Part shown: one piece after another, positions 30,077-37,138 of the stretch
Layout: each line of letters begins with the position of its first letter
Numbering within the stretch: the first letter of the stretch is position 1
Source: a virus
DNA length: 37,138 nucleotides
Virus record (IMG/VR): IMGVR_UViG_3300038829_000053
Span: 1-37,138 of that record
Reading direction: 5' to 3' (one strand)
Notes under the pieces: model-generated
Told to the model about the DNA's origin: nothing
Seen by the model: only the letters and a program-made list of their open reading frames with translations
The model's database searches: none
Made by a program: the position numbers and the translations under genes

Positions 30077-32200
30077 TTATGCGCCAGTTATCGGCGTGCC
30101 GGCGGCCGCGGCGGCCTGCGGCGTGGTAGGTGTGCCCATGAAAGCAGTGTTATCCGCAACAGGTGAACCCGGGATGACCGTTTGACCTGTTGGTGCGCCG
30201 ATACCACCTTCTGGAGCAGGAACGCCCCCTTGCCCCATTTTTGCGCCTTCCATCGCTATTTGTAACCTCGTTTTACGCATCATATTTTCAACCGCGATGC
30301 CCATGTGCGCTCCGGCATAGTCCATGAGTGCTGTGTATGTATCCAGATCGAGGTCGTCGGAATCCTGTGCGAAGTCGACGATCGTCTGCATGTAAAGCGT
30401 AGTGGCTCCGCGATGTTGCTTCGGTGTCTTGCCGAGCAGTATCTCTTGAATGGCCTGATGCGCTTGTGAAATAAGAAGCTCCGAACCGGGCGGTTGGTTA
30501 TCGAGAAACCTCTTGACCTCTCCGTCCTCCCACCCGGCGTTGCGAAGACTCTCCTCGATAAGTACATCGGGATTCATTCGTGCCGCCGTATTAGGGTTCG
30601 CCATGAGAAGCGCAAGTGCATTCTCTTTGGTATTTTTCTTAATCTCGTCCGCGGCCGCCTCCGCCTGACCGCCGACAATCGTGATATCAAACTCCTGCAC
30701 TTGCTTGTCGACATCGCTCTTTGTAAGAATCGTCCAGTTGTATCCCTTGTCACCAATCATGCGCACCATCACGCCATCGCTCGTGATGTTCTCTTTGATT
30801 CCATAAAAGAACTTGAGTCCCTTACTGCCCCATGCTTCGCTGTAAGATTTATTGTACAAACCAAGACGGTCGGCGACCTGTTGCAAATTACCGAAATAGA
30901 TGCCAACGCGCTTATCCTCCGTTGCGCCTTGTGAGCCGGGCGTGATGCCGGTCTTAGTACCTGATATCTGATCCATGTACGTCATGAGATTGATGGTGGC
31001 CGCTTCGTCCACGCCTTCAATCTTGAGCTCGTAAATGCCTGACGATATTGCTTGCGTCGCTGACATGCCAGCCGTGACCTCTACCAGCCCGTCCGGTCGC
31101 CATTCGAGCTGTGCCGGGTCCGTGAACACGGCCGGATCGTAAGCACGCTGATGATAAATCTTGCGGTCACGCGCGTCGAGCGCCTGATTGAAAATGACGT
31201 TCATCGAATCTGCTACCGGGCGCATATCGTCCGCCGGCGCCTTCGACCAGAAGTTGAAAGCGTCCGGGTGCGTGTGCCACGCATCAAACGGGTCGCAGTC
31301 ATTCTCGAATACATCGGTCAACGGACATCCGCGAATCCAGATACCAGTGTGCGGTTCGAATAGCAGGTAATACTTCTCGCCGTTGTCGGGGTCTTCCATA
31401 TACCACTCCACGAAGTTGTAAATCGGAATGCCGACATAACTTCCCTGATCCACATTGAAACCGAGTGCGCGCAATCGGTCGGTCTTCTCCATGTAGAGTT
31501 GCTGGAACTCCTTCTGATCGCGGGACCCGAACGAAATAAGAAGTTTGAGAACCTGACGACGATTGTACGTTGCGTTCGTTCCTGTGGCTCCGCGCGTAAG
31601 CTGTGACTTTGTCTTAAAAATGTTGCGCTGACCCTTGAACGTATGATTCTGCAAAAGCTGTCCGCCCATCGGCTCGCATTCGAAGTCGAGATAATCGATG
31701 ACATCGTACACGCTGACGTACTTGCCGTCCTCGTTACGATACGCGTAGGTCTTGCTGATGCCGACACCCGAGAGCGTTGCAAGTTTCTTCTCCTGACGGT
31801 CTTTGAGCGCCCACTGATTTTTTACTGAAATGGACTCCTGATCCCACTTCGCTTGAACCTTCTGCGCGAGCTCCATATCCGCAACGTCCTGATATCCGTA
31901 CTTCACGCGCGGTGGATCATCAATCTTCGAAAGCAGAGTGTCCACATAACCTGACATGAGCGGGAGCGGCACATTCCATCGCCCCTTGAGTGCCTTCTTC
32001 GTCTTGCCGTAGTACAGGTCTTCGTTTTTCTGAATCTCCATCATGCGCTTCTCCTTGTACTTCATCGACGTAAGAAGTTGCTGTTGTGCTATCGCAACAA
32101 GTCGCTCGGCACGCTTCTCTTCGGGTGTTTGTGCTGCGAAAAGCTCCTCGTTTGAAATAGGAGACTTGATCGGCTCTTCGACGTTAGACTTCTTGGCCAT
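30077..32200 (-). CDS. Portal protein (707 aa)
   Basis: Assigned from its size and its position downstream of the large terminase and upstream of the scaffold and capsid genes. Gly/Pro/Ala-rich C-terminal tail. Confidence 0.7.
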   Translation of the reverse strand: MAKKSNVEEPIKSPISNEELFAAQTPEEKRAERLVAIAQQQLLTSMKYKEKRMMEIQKNEDLYYGKTKKALKGRWNVPLPLMSGYVDTLLSKIDDPPRVKYGYQDVADMELAQKVQAKWDQESISVKNQWALKDRQEKKLATLSGVGISKTYAYRNEDGKYVSVYDVIDYLDFECEPMGGQLLQNHTFKGQRNIFKTKSQLTRGATGTNATYNRRQVLKLLISFGSRDQKEFQQLYMEKTDRLRALGFNVDQGSYVGIPIYNFVEWYMEDPDNGEKYYLLFEPHTGIWIRGCPLTDVFENDCDPFDAWHTHPDAFNFWSKAPADDMRPVADSMNVIFNQALDARDRKIYHQRAYDPAVFTDPAQLEWRPDGLVEVTAGMSATQAISSGIYELKIEGVDEAATINLMTYMDQISGTKTGITPGSQGATEDKRVGIYFGNLQQVADRLGLYNKSYSEAWGSKGLKFFYGIKENITSDGVMVRMIGDKGYNWTILTKSDVDKQVQEFDITIVGGQAEAAADEIKKNTKENALALLMANPNTAARMNPDVLIEESLRNAGWEDGEVKRFLDNQPPGSELLISQAHQAIQEILLGKTPKQHRGATTLYMQTIVDFAQDSDDLDLDTYTALMDYAGAHMGIAVENMMRKTRLQIAMEGAKMGQGGVPAPEGGIGAPTGQTVIPGSPVADNTAFMGTPTTPQAAAAAGTPITGA

Positions 32201-32549
32201 GTTGTGTGAAAAGCTGTCGCCAGAATGCTGGGCTCACGAATCTACGAAAATCTCGATGATACGGCTCCTGCCCTCCGTTCTCTGTCTTCATCTCTTGGCT
32301 CTTCTCGAGGTACTCGAGCTCGAACGCCATGTACTCCTCCGAGAGCTTTGATGATGCGATGTCGTGCGCGGCATCCAATCCGTCCTGCTTATCTTTGTAC
32401 ACGTCCCGAATCTCCTGCACCTTTTCTCTCTGCCACGTTGATACCATGTGCGATGCATAAAATTGCTGAAGCTTCTTTGACAACGCGACCGCTGGCTTCT
32501 TCGCCTCCTCGGCTCGTCTCGCACGTGAAGCTCGTGAGATGTTACCCAT
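32184..32549 (-). CDS. Hypothetical protein (121 aa from ATG 32549)
   Basis: The ORF-track start is TTG 32606, inside a hairpin. ATG 32549 lies 7 nt downstream of TACAAT. Confidence 0.5.
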   Translation of the reverse strand: MGNISRASRARRAEEAKKPAVALSKKLQQFYASHMVSTWQREKVQEIRDVYKDKQDGLDAAHDIASSKLSEEYMAFELEYLEKSQEMKTENGGQEPYHRDFRRFVSPAFWRQLFTQHGQEV

Positions 32550-32556
32550 TGCCTCT

Positions 32557-32562
32557 ATTGTA
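32557..32562 (-). promoter_or_regulatory. Putative -10 box G-TACAAT, 7 nt upstream of ATG 32549
   Basis: The minus strand reads gtcaaGTACAATagaggcaATGggt, just downstream of the hairpin at 32606-32632. Confidence 0.45.
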
Positions 32563-32605
32563 CTTGACCGATAGTGAAAGCGATAGTGGGGCTGTGTATA
32601 ACGCA

Positions 32606-32632
32606 AACGCCCCGAGCTGGTGGCGGGGCGTT
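32606..32632 (-). terminator. Strong 9-bp hairpin (terminator/attenuator candidate) between the terminase and portal units
   Basis: AACGCCCCG-(9 nt)-CGGGGCGTT, followed on the minus strand by UGCGUUAU (weak U-tract). Confidence 0.5.
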
Positions 32633-32635
32633 GTG

Positions 32636-32764
32636 CTATACTATGCTGGTAATGGCGACCTCTGGCGGGGTTGCTTTTTGTTTTGCCTCACTATCCCGAT
32701 ACCCTGTTGCGGCAGCGACTGCCGCGTACCGCTTCGCGAACCCTGCTTGCTTCACGAGCTTCAT
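32636..32764 (-). CDS. Possible small protein (42 aa, below cutoff)
   Basis: Translated by hand as MKLVKQAGFAKRYAAVAAATGYRDSEAKQKATPPEVAITSIV. Weak ribosome-binding site. Lies between the TerL stop and the hairpin. Confidence 0.25.
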   Translation of the reverse strand: MKLVKQAGFAKRYAAVAAATGYRDSEAKQKATPPEVAITSIV

Positions 32765-32808
32765 CTGATTCTTACTCTTGAGATGCCGGTAGATTCCTGC
32801 GACGTAAG

Positions 32809-34461
32809 TTATCCGTGGTATTCCGACACACTCTCATTCACACCCTGACGGTACGGCACTTTCTTCGTGACAACCGCGACGTTGCGCATCTCGAATGCGA
32901 TGCACCCTGCGCGGAGTAAATCGAAGTGTCGCGTGATGCCCTCCACTTCGCTCCGGCGACTCGCTGAATCAAGGTCGCGCTTCGTGAACGCGCGCATCTC
33001 CATCAAGAGTGCGAGTGACGGCACCTCGAGCTCGCCATCGTTGTACGCGGTACGAAACGCGAAATAGATAGCCGCAACGTTCGCGCTCGTTGCTTCCCAT
33101 CCGAGGTCTTTGGTAACGCGCTGATCCACCGTATCCGTCTTGACCTGCTGATAGATACGCGGATACTTGAGCACCTTGAGCTGGGTGACGGTTGCATAGC
33201 CGGTGTTGTTGAGCTCCGGGGCCAGTAAGCATTCGCCGAATAGATTCCCATGCGCGCGCATCTCGTAAGCAAACATGTCCGGTGAAATGGTGTTGCTCGC
33301 ATAGGTCCCGATAACCTTAGCCGCCACACCGGCGCCGGGCGAAAACCTGATGCCCACATCTGCGCATGAGTCCCTCCCGACTCCCTTGGCCGTGTCACCA
33401 CCGAATGCGTAGCGGTACTTCGCTACATACTCCTCGAATATAGAAAGCCCTCCGACCGCGCGGAGTGCCGGCTTCATCTTTGCCTTCGCAATATCCTTGT
33501 CGATCCGTTCTCTATCGAAGAACGGCTCACCGGCCGCCTCGGGGTTATTCATCATCTCGGCTTCGTACACTTTGCGACCGGATGCGTTCAAGTCCTGCTT
33601 CAACTGCATGAGCGACACGACCCACTCCTTGCGCTCGCGCCCGGCGTTTATCTGAACCGCTTCCTCGTTCGTGCGCACATACTTGTCCGGCCATGCTATC
33701 TCCCCATCCTTTTCTACCGCGACCATCTGCACGCGCCACGCGATAGGATTTGCGGCCGCCTCCGCGATCATCTGCGCTACCGATCCGACCTCACTGATGT
33801 AGTTGCCGAGGAATAAGACTTGCCCATCTACCGAGAGCCCTGCCTTGAGCTCATCGATGTGCTTGATTATCTTCGTCGTCACCGGCGCTGACTCCGTGGT
33901 CTTGGTGGTCTCGTAATCCTCCACCACGTAGAGATCAGGTCGGAACCTGTCGAAGATGCGCCCGCGCGTGCCCTCCTGCGTCGTGTACGCCTTGACCTTG
34001 ACCCTGTTGGTCGTGATGAACTCGCCCATGCGCTTCATCTTGGAATATCTGGCAACTGCCTTCGGGTCCTCATAGAACAGCTGACCGAAGTCCGCGACCA
34101 GTCGCCTATTGGTCTGCAACCACGTCGAAATATCGAAGAGCGCCTGCTCGCTGTTGCTCTTGTCGTATGCATCCCAGTTGATGAATCGCTTCTTGCGGTA
34201 GGCGATGCAGTAGACGACGTACATCTTCGCAACAGTGGTCTTGGCCGACTCACGAAACATGACCCATAAAAGAAAGCGAAACTTGCCTCGTGTGAACTCA
34301 TTCAAAAGCTTATACATCACCCATTGAAAGCCGGGTATCGCGTAGGTGAAATGCTCCGCGAAATAATACATAGCGAACAGTGCGAAGTCCTGCTCGCATG
34401 CGTACACGCGTGCATCGCGCTTTGCCGTGACGACCCATTCCAATAGTTCGCGGCCGATCAT
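32809..34461 (-). CDS. terL: Terminase large subunit (550 aa from ATG 34461; GTG 34500 is an alternative)
   Basis: Walker-A-like FRESAKTT, Walker-B-like DLYVVEDYE and nuclease-domain FGGDTAKGVGRDSCADVGI. The position is typical of this gene. Confidence 0.85.
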   Translation of the reverse strand: MIGRELLEWVVTAKRDARVYACEQDFALFAMYYFAEHFTYAIPGFQWVMYKLLNEFTRGKFRFLLWVMFRESAKTTVAKMYVVYCIAYRKKRFINWDAYDKSNSEQALFDISTWLQTNRRLVADFGQLFYEDPKAVARYSKMKRMGEFITTNRVKVKAYTTQEGTRGRIFDRFRPDLYVVEDYETTKTTESAPVTTKIIKHIDELKAGLSVDGQVLFLGNYISEVGSVAQMIAEAAANPIAWRVQMVAVEKDGEIAWPDKYVRTNEEAVQINAGRERKEWVVSLMQLKQDLNASGRKVYEAEMMNNPEAAGEPFFDRERIDKDIAKAKMKPALRAVGGLSIFEEYVAKYRYAFGGDTAKGVGRDSCADVGIRFSPGAGVAAKVIGTYASNTISPDMFAYEMRAHGNLFGECLLAPELNNTGYATVTQLKVLKYPRIYQQVKTDTVDQRVTKDLGWEATSANVAAIYFAFRTAYNDGELEVPSLALLMEMRAFTKRDLDSASRRSEVEGITRHFDLLRAGCIAFEMRNVAVVTKKVPYRQGVNESVSEYHG

Positions 34462-34462
34462 G

Positions 34463-34825
34463 TTATCTGTGGTTGATGTAGTAATCGTATGCCGGCGCAC
34501 CGTATGCTCTGTTCACTTCCGCAAGACTGAATCCAGTAACTGCCGAAACCTCCGCCGATGTTTTACCCGACTCCTTGATTATCTTCACTTGCTCGTATTG
34601 TATCTGTGCGAACGGCGGTGTCTTTATCCTCGGCGTTCTGAATGAGATACCATTGCGCGATAGGTATCGCAGAATGGTCGCACGTGACCGCCCTACACGC
34701 TCCGCAATTTCATCAACCGGCAATCCCTCGTCTCGTTTCAAACTGACGATCGTCTCGACTTCGTCCTCCGTAAGCGGATTATTATACCCAGTCGGCTTTG
34801 CATCACTGAGTACCAACTTGCTCAT
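34463..34825 (-). CDS. Double-HTH DNA-binding protein, small-terminase candidate (120 aa)
   Basis: LPVDEIAERVGRSRATILRYLSRNG and TSAEVSAVTGFSLAEVNRAY helix-turn-helix segments. Immediately upstream of TerL. Confidence 0.55.
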   Translation of the reverse strand: MSKLVLSDAKPTGYNNPLTEDEVETIVSLKRDEGLPVDEIAERVGRSRATILRYLSRNGISFRTPRIKTPPFAQIQYEQVKIIKESGKTSAEVSAVTGFSLAEVNRAYGAPAYDYYINHR

Positions 34826-35403
34826 GGCGCTGTGTTCTTCTGAATGAGATGGTCAATCGCCTTTCGTTCCTCTTCCGTGAGTCCCTCGCCGATGTCGCCG
34901 GGATGCTCGATGCCGAGTTGCTCGCGCCAGTCCTCGACTATCTTCATATACGCGAGCATGCGCTGGGCATCACCTTCCTCAAGTCCCTTGCGGTAAAGCG
35001 ATGCCATAAGGTTCTTCGTGAGTGGCTTGAATGTGCGCTTGACCTCCGCGAGATAATCATTGCCGGTCTCAATATCTTTGCGCCATCGTGAGAGCGTTTG
35101 CGGTATCACTCCGAACTCATCTGCGAACTGTTGCATCGTAGATATTGCCAGCAACTGAATCGTGATGTTATCCGTGATGCCGAGCAACTCTGTGATTCGT
35201 TCTGGTTTACCTTTGAACGTATCCGGGAGCACGCACCACATTCTGAATACTTCCCTCGTGTGCTGTTTGCCCTCCTGCCTATTGCGCTCTCCAGCCGGCA
35301 TGTTCTTCTCCAGTTTCGCGAGCTCAAGCACTGATGGTGCTTCCTGCGGTGGTGGTGCCTTCTTAACCTTTTTCTTCACTGGCGAAGTCTTCTTCTTTTT
35401 CAT
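34822..35403 (-). CDS. HTH protein, small-terminase candidate (193 aa from ATG 35403)
   Basis: The ORF-track start is GTG 35418. ATG 35403 lies 6 nt downstream of TACAAT. TMQQFADEFGVIPQTLSRWRKD resembles a TerS N-terminal HTH. Confidence 0.5.
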   Translation of the reverse strand: MKKKKTSPVKKKVKKAPPPQEAPSVLELAKLEKNMPAGERNRQEGKQHTREVFRMWCVLPDTFKGKPERITELLGITDNITIQLLAISTMQQFADEFGVIPQTLSRWRKDIETGNDYLAEVKRTFKPLTKNLMASLYRKGLEEGDAQRMLAYMKIVEDWREQLGIEHPGDIGEGLTEEERKAIDHLIQKNTAP

Positions 35404-35409
35404 GATCGT

Positions 35410-35415
35410 ATTGTA
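35410..35415 (-). promoter_or_regulatory. Putative -10 box TG-TACAAT, 6 nt upstream of ATG 35403
   Basis: The minus strand reads tagTGTACAATacgatcATGaaa, directly after the stop of the 173-aa gene. Confidence 0.5.
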
Positions 35416-35417
35416 CA

Positions 35418-35939
35418 CTACCCATTCACGTACTCTTCATAACTGATTGACTTACGAATGCACATCACATCATCTAAATCGAAACCTTTCTCCGAGGATA
35501 TACCATCGGCGGTCATGCCCTGCGATGACATTGTCTTGATGGTGTCGTAAGAGGATCGACTGAAACGCATCTTGCCGGAACCGCTTCTCTTTGGTGTGAA
35601 GTCGTCCACGATGCCATTTTTCACTACGGGACCATTGATATTTATTCCGATGCCTCCCATCTCCTTGCACCATTTGAAATGGCGAGTGCCGGTGGAACCG
35701 CAACACTCCTTCGTGGTGAACCTGCCTGACTTCGGTTTATCGCCCAGCACACTTCCGACGGTCTTGCGTGCTACCTTCACCACTTCCTTCGGGACATCAA
35801 CGCCGGACGGCGCCGTGCCTGCCCTGATGAAAGCGTGCGCGAGTATCGTGTCTACAATCTCGTCCTGCGTGAGCTCGCGCTCGAATGCGCTCTCTCCCTG
35901 ATCATTGAAGATGGTGATGCTGCCCGAGTACTTGCTCAT
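35418..35939 (-). CDS. Hypothetical protein (173 aa)
   Basis: ATGA coupled to the upstream gene. Contains a CCGSTGTRHFKWC motif. No family recognised. Confidence 0.6.
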   Translation of the reverse strand: MSKYSGSITIFNDQGESAFERELTQDEIVDTILAHAFIRAGTAPSGVDVPKEVVKVARKTVGSVLGDKPKSGRFTTKECCGSTGTRHFKWCKEMGGIGININGPVVKNGIVDDFTPKRSGSGKMRFSRSSYDTIKTMSSQGMTADGISSEKGFDLDDVMCIRKSISYEEYVNG

Positions 35940-36208
35940 ACCAGTATTCCCCTACTCCTGAACATCGAAATAACCTGCTCGCGCGAGTTAGCGAAATATT
36001 GCTTCTCTTTGCCCGACACTCTGAACTGAACGCCTTGCCATCTGCGTGATGCGCGGTTAGCTGGGCGACCTTCTTTCTGTGTTCTCTCTGACAATGAACC
36101 GGGCGTTGGCTCGCTAACGGCATGTTTAATATGCTGATACTTTGCTGAATGTTTTACACTACATACACTGCATGATGCTCTCTCTTCGTCGGTTGAGCAG
36201 TAACTCAT
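35936..36208 (-). CDS. Hypothetical Cys-containing protein (90 aa)
   Basis: ATGA coupled on both sides. Confidence 0.55.
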   Translation of the reverse strand: MSYCSTDEERASCSVCSVKHSAKYQHIKHAVSEPTPGSLSERTQKEGRPANRASRRWQGVQFRVSGKEKQYFANSREQVISMFRSRGILV

Positions 36209-36477
36209 ACCTCTGTGACTTCGTACCAGTCCGTCGCCACGAGATCAACCATGCTCGGCGACCACGTGCCGATTGATCCGTCTGCCCCGCACATATCGAT
36301 ATGCGCTCGATAGGTGACATCTGTGCCCTCCGGGAAGAACTTATTGAGCGGCGCGCGACTGACGGCGAACTTACTGCCGTCCACCAAAAACACATATCGC
36401 GCATTCTTCCACTCCCGACGTCCCCACGCTCCCCCTGCCTTGATGCCTGCTAATGCGATGCTGAAATCTGTTTCCAT
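36205..36477 (-). CDS. DUF2829-family protein (Tad2-like candidate anti-Thoeris sponge; 90 aa)
   Basis: DFSIALAGIKAGGAWGRREW at the N-terminus and GTWSPSMVDLVATDWYEV at the C-terminus match the DUF2829 signature (F..AL..lK.G....R..W ... W.pS..DLlA.DWe.v). Shine-Dalgarno GAAGGA upstream. Confidence 0.7.
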   Translation of the reverse strand: METDFSIALAGIKAGGAWGRREWKNARYVFLVDGSKFAVSRAPLNKFFPEGTDVTYRAHIDMCGADGSIGTWSPSMVDLVATDWYEVTEV

Positions 36478-36489
36478 ATGATCCTTCGA

Positions 36490-36888
36490 TTAGTGAATAC
36501 CAAAACGCTTGTAAAACCGATCGACGAGATCGCCGACCAGATAGCACAGTGCCTCCTCATTCTTCCCCGCCGATTCTGTCGTGCACTCCACGCTCTTGAT
36601 CTTGCGCCGCGCCAATACCGAGAATCCTGCGTGCGTCATCTCGTGTGCGACGTTCCCCCGAGTGAGATGTGGCTTTGAGAAGTAGATGATCGCCGCGTGA
36701 CCGGCCGGAATGAGATCCTTGTATGTGCAACAGTACGCCATCGTATTGTTCGCCACGCCACTCATGCTCCCCTTTGCCCCATCCTTGCGAATCGCATCGA
36801 GCATATCCCGCTGCGTTGCGTACACCCGGCACTCGACTTTCATCCGCGACCCGGTTGGATAAATCACATGGATGATGGGTGACCGCAT
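36490..36888 (-). CDS. Small HExxH zinc-metalloprotease-like protein (132 aa)
   Basis: Contains a GNVAHEMTHAGF motif. It is the first gene after the wrap-around spacer, and its ATG lies 6 nt downstream of TAGAAT. Confidence 0.6.
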   Translation of the reverse strand: MRSPIIHVIYPTGSRMKVECRVYATQRDMLDAIRKDGAKGSMSGVANNTMAYCCTYKDLIPAGHAAIIYFSKPHLTRGNVAHEMTHAGFSVLARRKIKSVECTTESAGKNEEALCYLVGDLVDRFYKRFGIH

Positions 36889-36894
36889 GCCTAC

Positions 36895-36903
36895 ATTCTA
36901 CCA
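36895..36903 (-). promoter_or_regulatory. Putative extended -10 box TGG-TAGAAT, 6 nt upstream of ATG 36888
   Basis: The minus strand reads TTGACAgggggctggcaTGGTAGAATgtaggcATG. A perfect TTGACA lies at 36915-36920, but with only a 14-nt spacer. Confidence 0.55.
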
Positions 36904-36974
36904 TGCCAGCCCCCTGTCAAATCGAGCTGTGCACAACAAAAATACGGCGCAAATACGCCACTGATTTATATAGT

Positions 36975-37000
36975 GACGCTGCGGTTTTATCCACAGCGTC
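36975..37000. promoter_or_regulatory. 7-bp inverted repeat hairpin carrying a perfect DnaA-box-like 9-mer
   Basis: GACGCTG-(12 nt)-CAGCGTC. TTATCCACA at 36987-36995 spans the loop and the 3' arm. It sits in the spacer between the last and first genes of the circular map. Confidence 0.5.
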
Positions 37001-37011
37001 TTGCAGGTAAC

Positions 37012-37138
37012 CCTCTGCATGGGAGATGTATCACCTCCTTTCGGTGTCGGAACATTCCGACGTCATGTCGGTGTATGCAAGGTACTTGTTCCGACGATGT
37101 TCCTCGTTGCACTTCTTCGAGCAAACAAAGCCGTCAAT
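37012..37138. repeat. Terminal direct repeat, right copy (identical to 1..127)
   Basis: Exact 127-bp duplicate of the window start. Confidence 0.95.

Noticed and set aside
36898-37020. A 40-codon minus-strand ORF (MQRVTCKTLWIK...) spanning the wrap-around spacer
   Set aside because: It overlaps the hairpin, the DnaA-box-like site and the promoter elements. The Shine-Dalgarno-like sequence is 13 nt away, and the composition is not protein-like.
1-37138. A lysogeny module (integrase, repressor, att site), tRNA genes or a DNA polymerase
   Set aside because: I looked for tyrosine and serine recombinase motifs, CI-like repressors, cloverleaf-forming segments and polymerase motifs among all ORFs and gaps, and found none.

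Overview
The window is a complete genome of a tailed dsDNA phage. Its first 127 bp are identical to its last 127 bp, so the unique unit is 37,011 bp and is either circular or terminally redundant. All credible genes (about 60) lie on the minus strand. They are tightly packed and very often coupled by ATGA or TAATG stop/start overlaps. Every long plus-strand ORF looks like an antisense shadow.

Gene order in the direction of transcription (high to low coordinates):
- 36888-35418: a small cassette with an HExxH metalloprotease-like protein, a DUF2829/Tad2-like protein and two unknowns.
- 35403-32809: packaging genes (two HTH proteins that are small-terminase candidates, and the large terminase).
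- 32549-26428: head genes (portal, an inserted HNH-AP2 endonuclease, scaffold, major capsid protein).
- 26393-13136: tail and virion genes. These include a fibre with YadA-head-like NSxAxG repeats, a papain-like C1 peptidase coupled to a tail-anchored membrane protein, and large ejection-like proteins.
- 13135-12794: an AT-rich control region with tandem hairpin terminators, 16-bp direct repeats and a promoter.
- 12793-20: a replication, recombination and lysis arm. It holds four ATGA-chained micro-ORFs, a protein with a 219-bp Ala-rich tandem repeat (Imm5-like signature), and a secreted 3D-domain protein. It also holds a Rad52-like annealase, a PD-(D/E)XK nuclease, a NinB-like protein, a wHTH Rep-like protein, two HNH-type genes, an SLT transglycosylase and a C1-peptidase/PG_binding_1 lysin. 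A secreted-protein cassette with its own promoter and terminator closes the arm.

I saw no integrase, DNA polymerase, tRNA, rRNA or CRISPR array.

The most notable observations are:
- a recurrent G-TAnnAT box placed 6-9 nt upstream of ATG codons, which suggests leaderless-type promoters;
- the Tad2-like/HExxH cassette;
- the Imm5-like repeat protein;
- two papain-family C1 peptidases used as cell-wall enzymes;
- a 338-nt ORF-free, apparently structured region;
- N-terminal membrane anchors on four virion-module proteins.

All domain calls come from motif recognition by eye. No database search was run.
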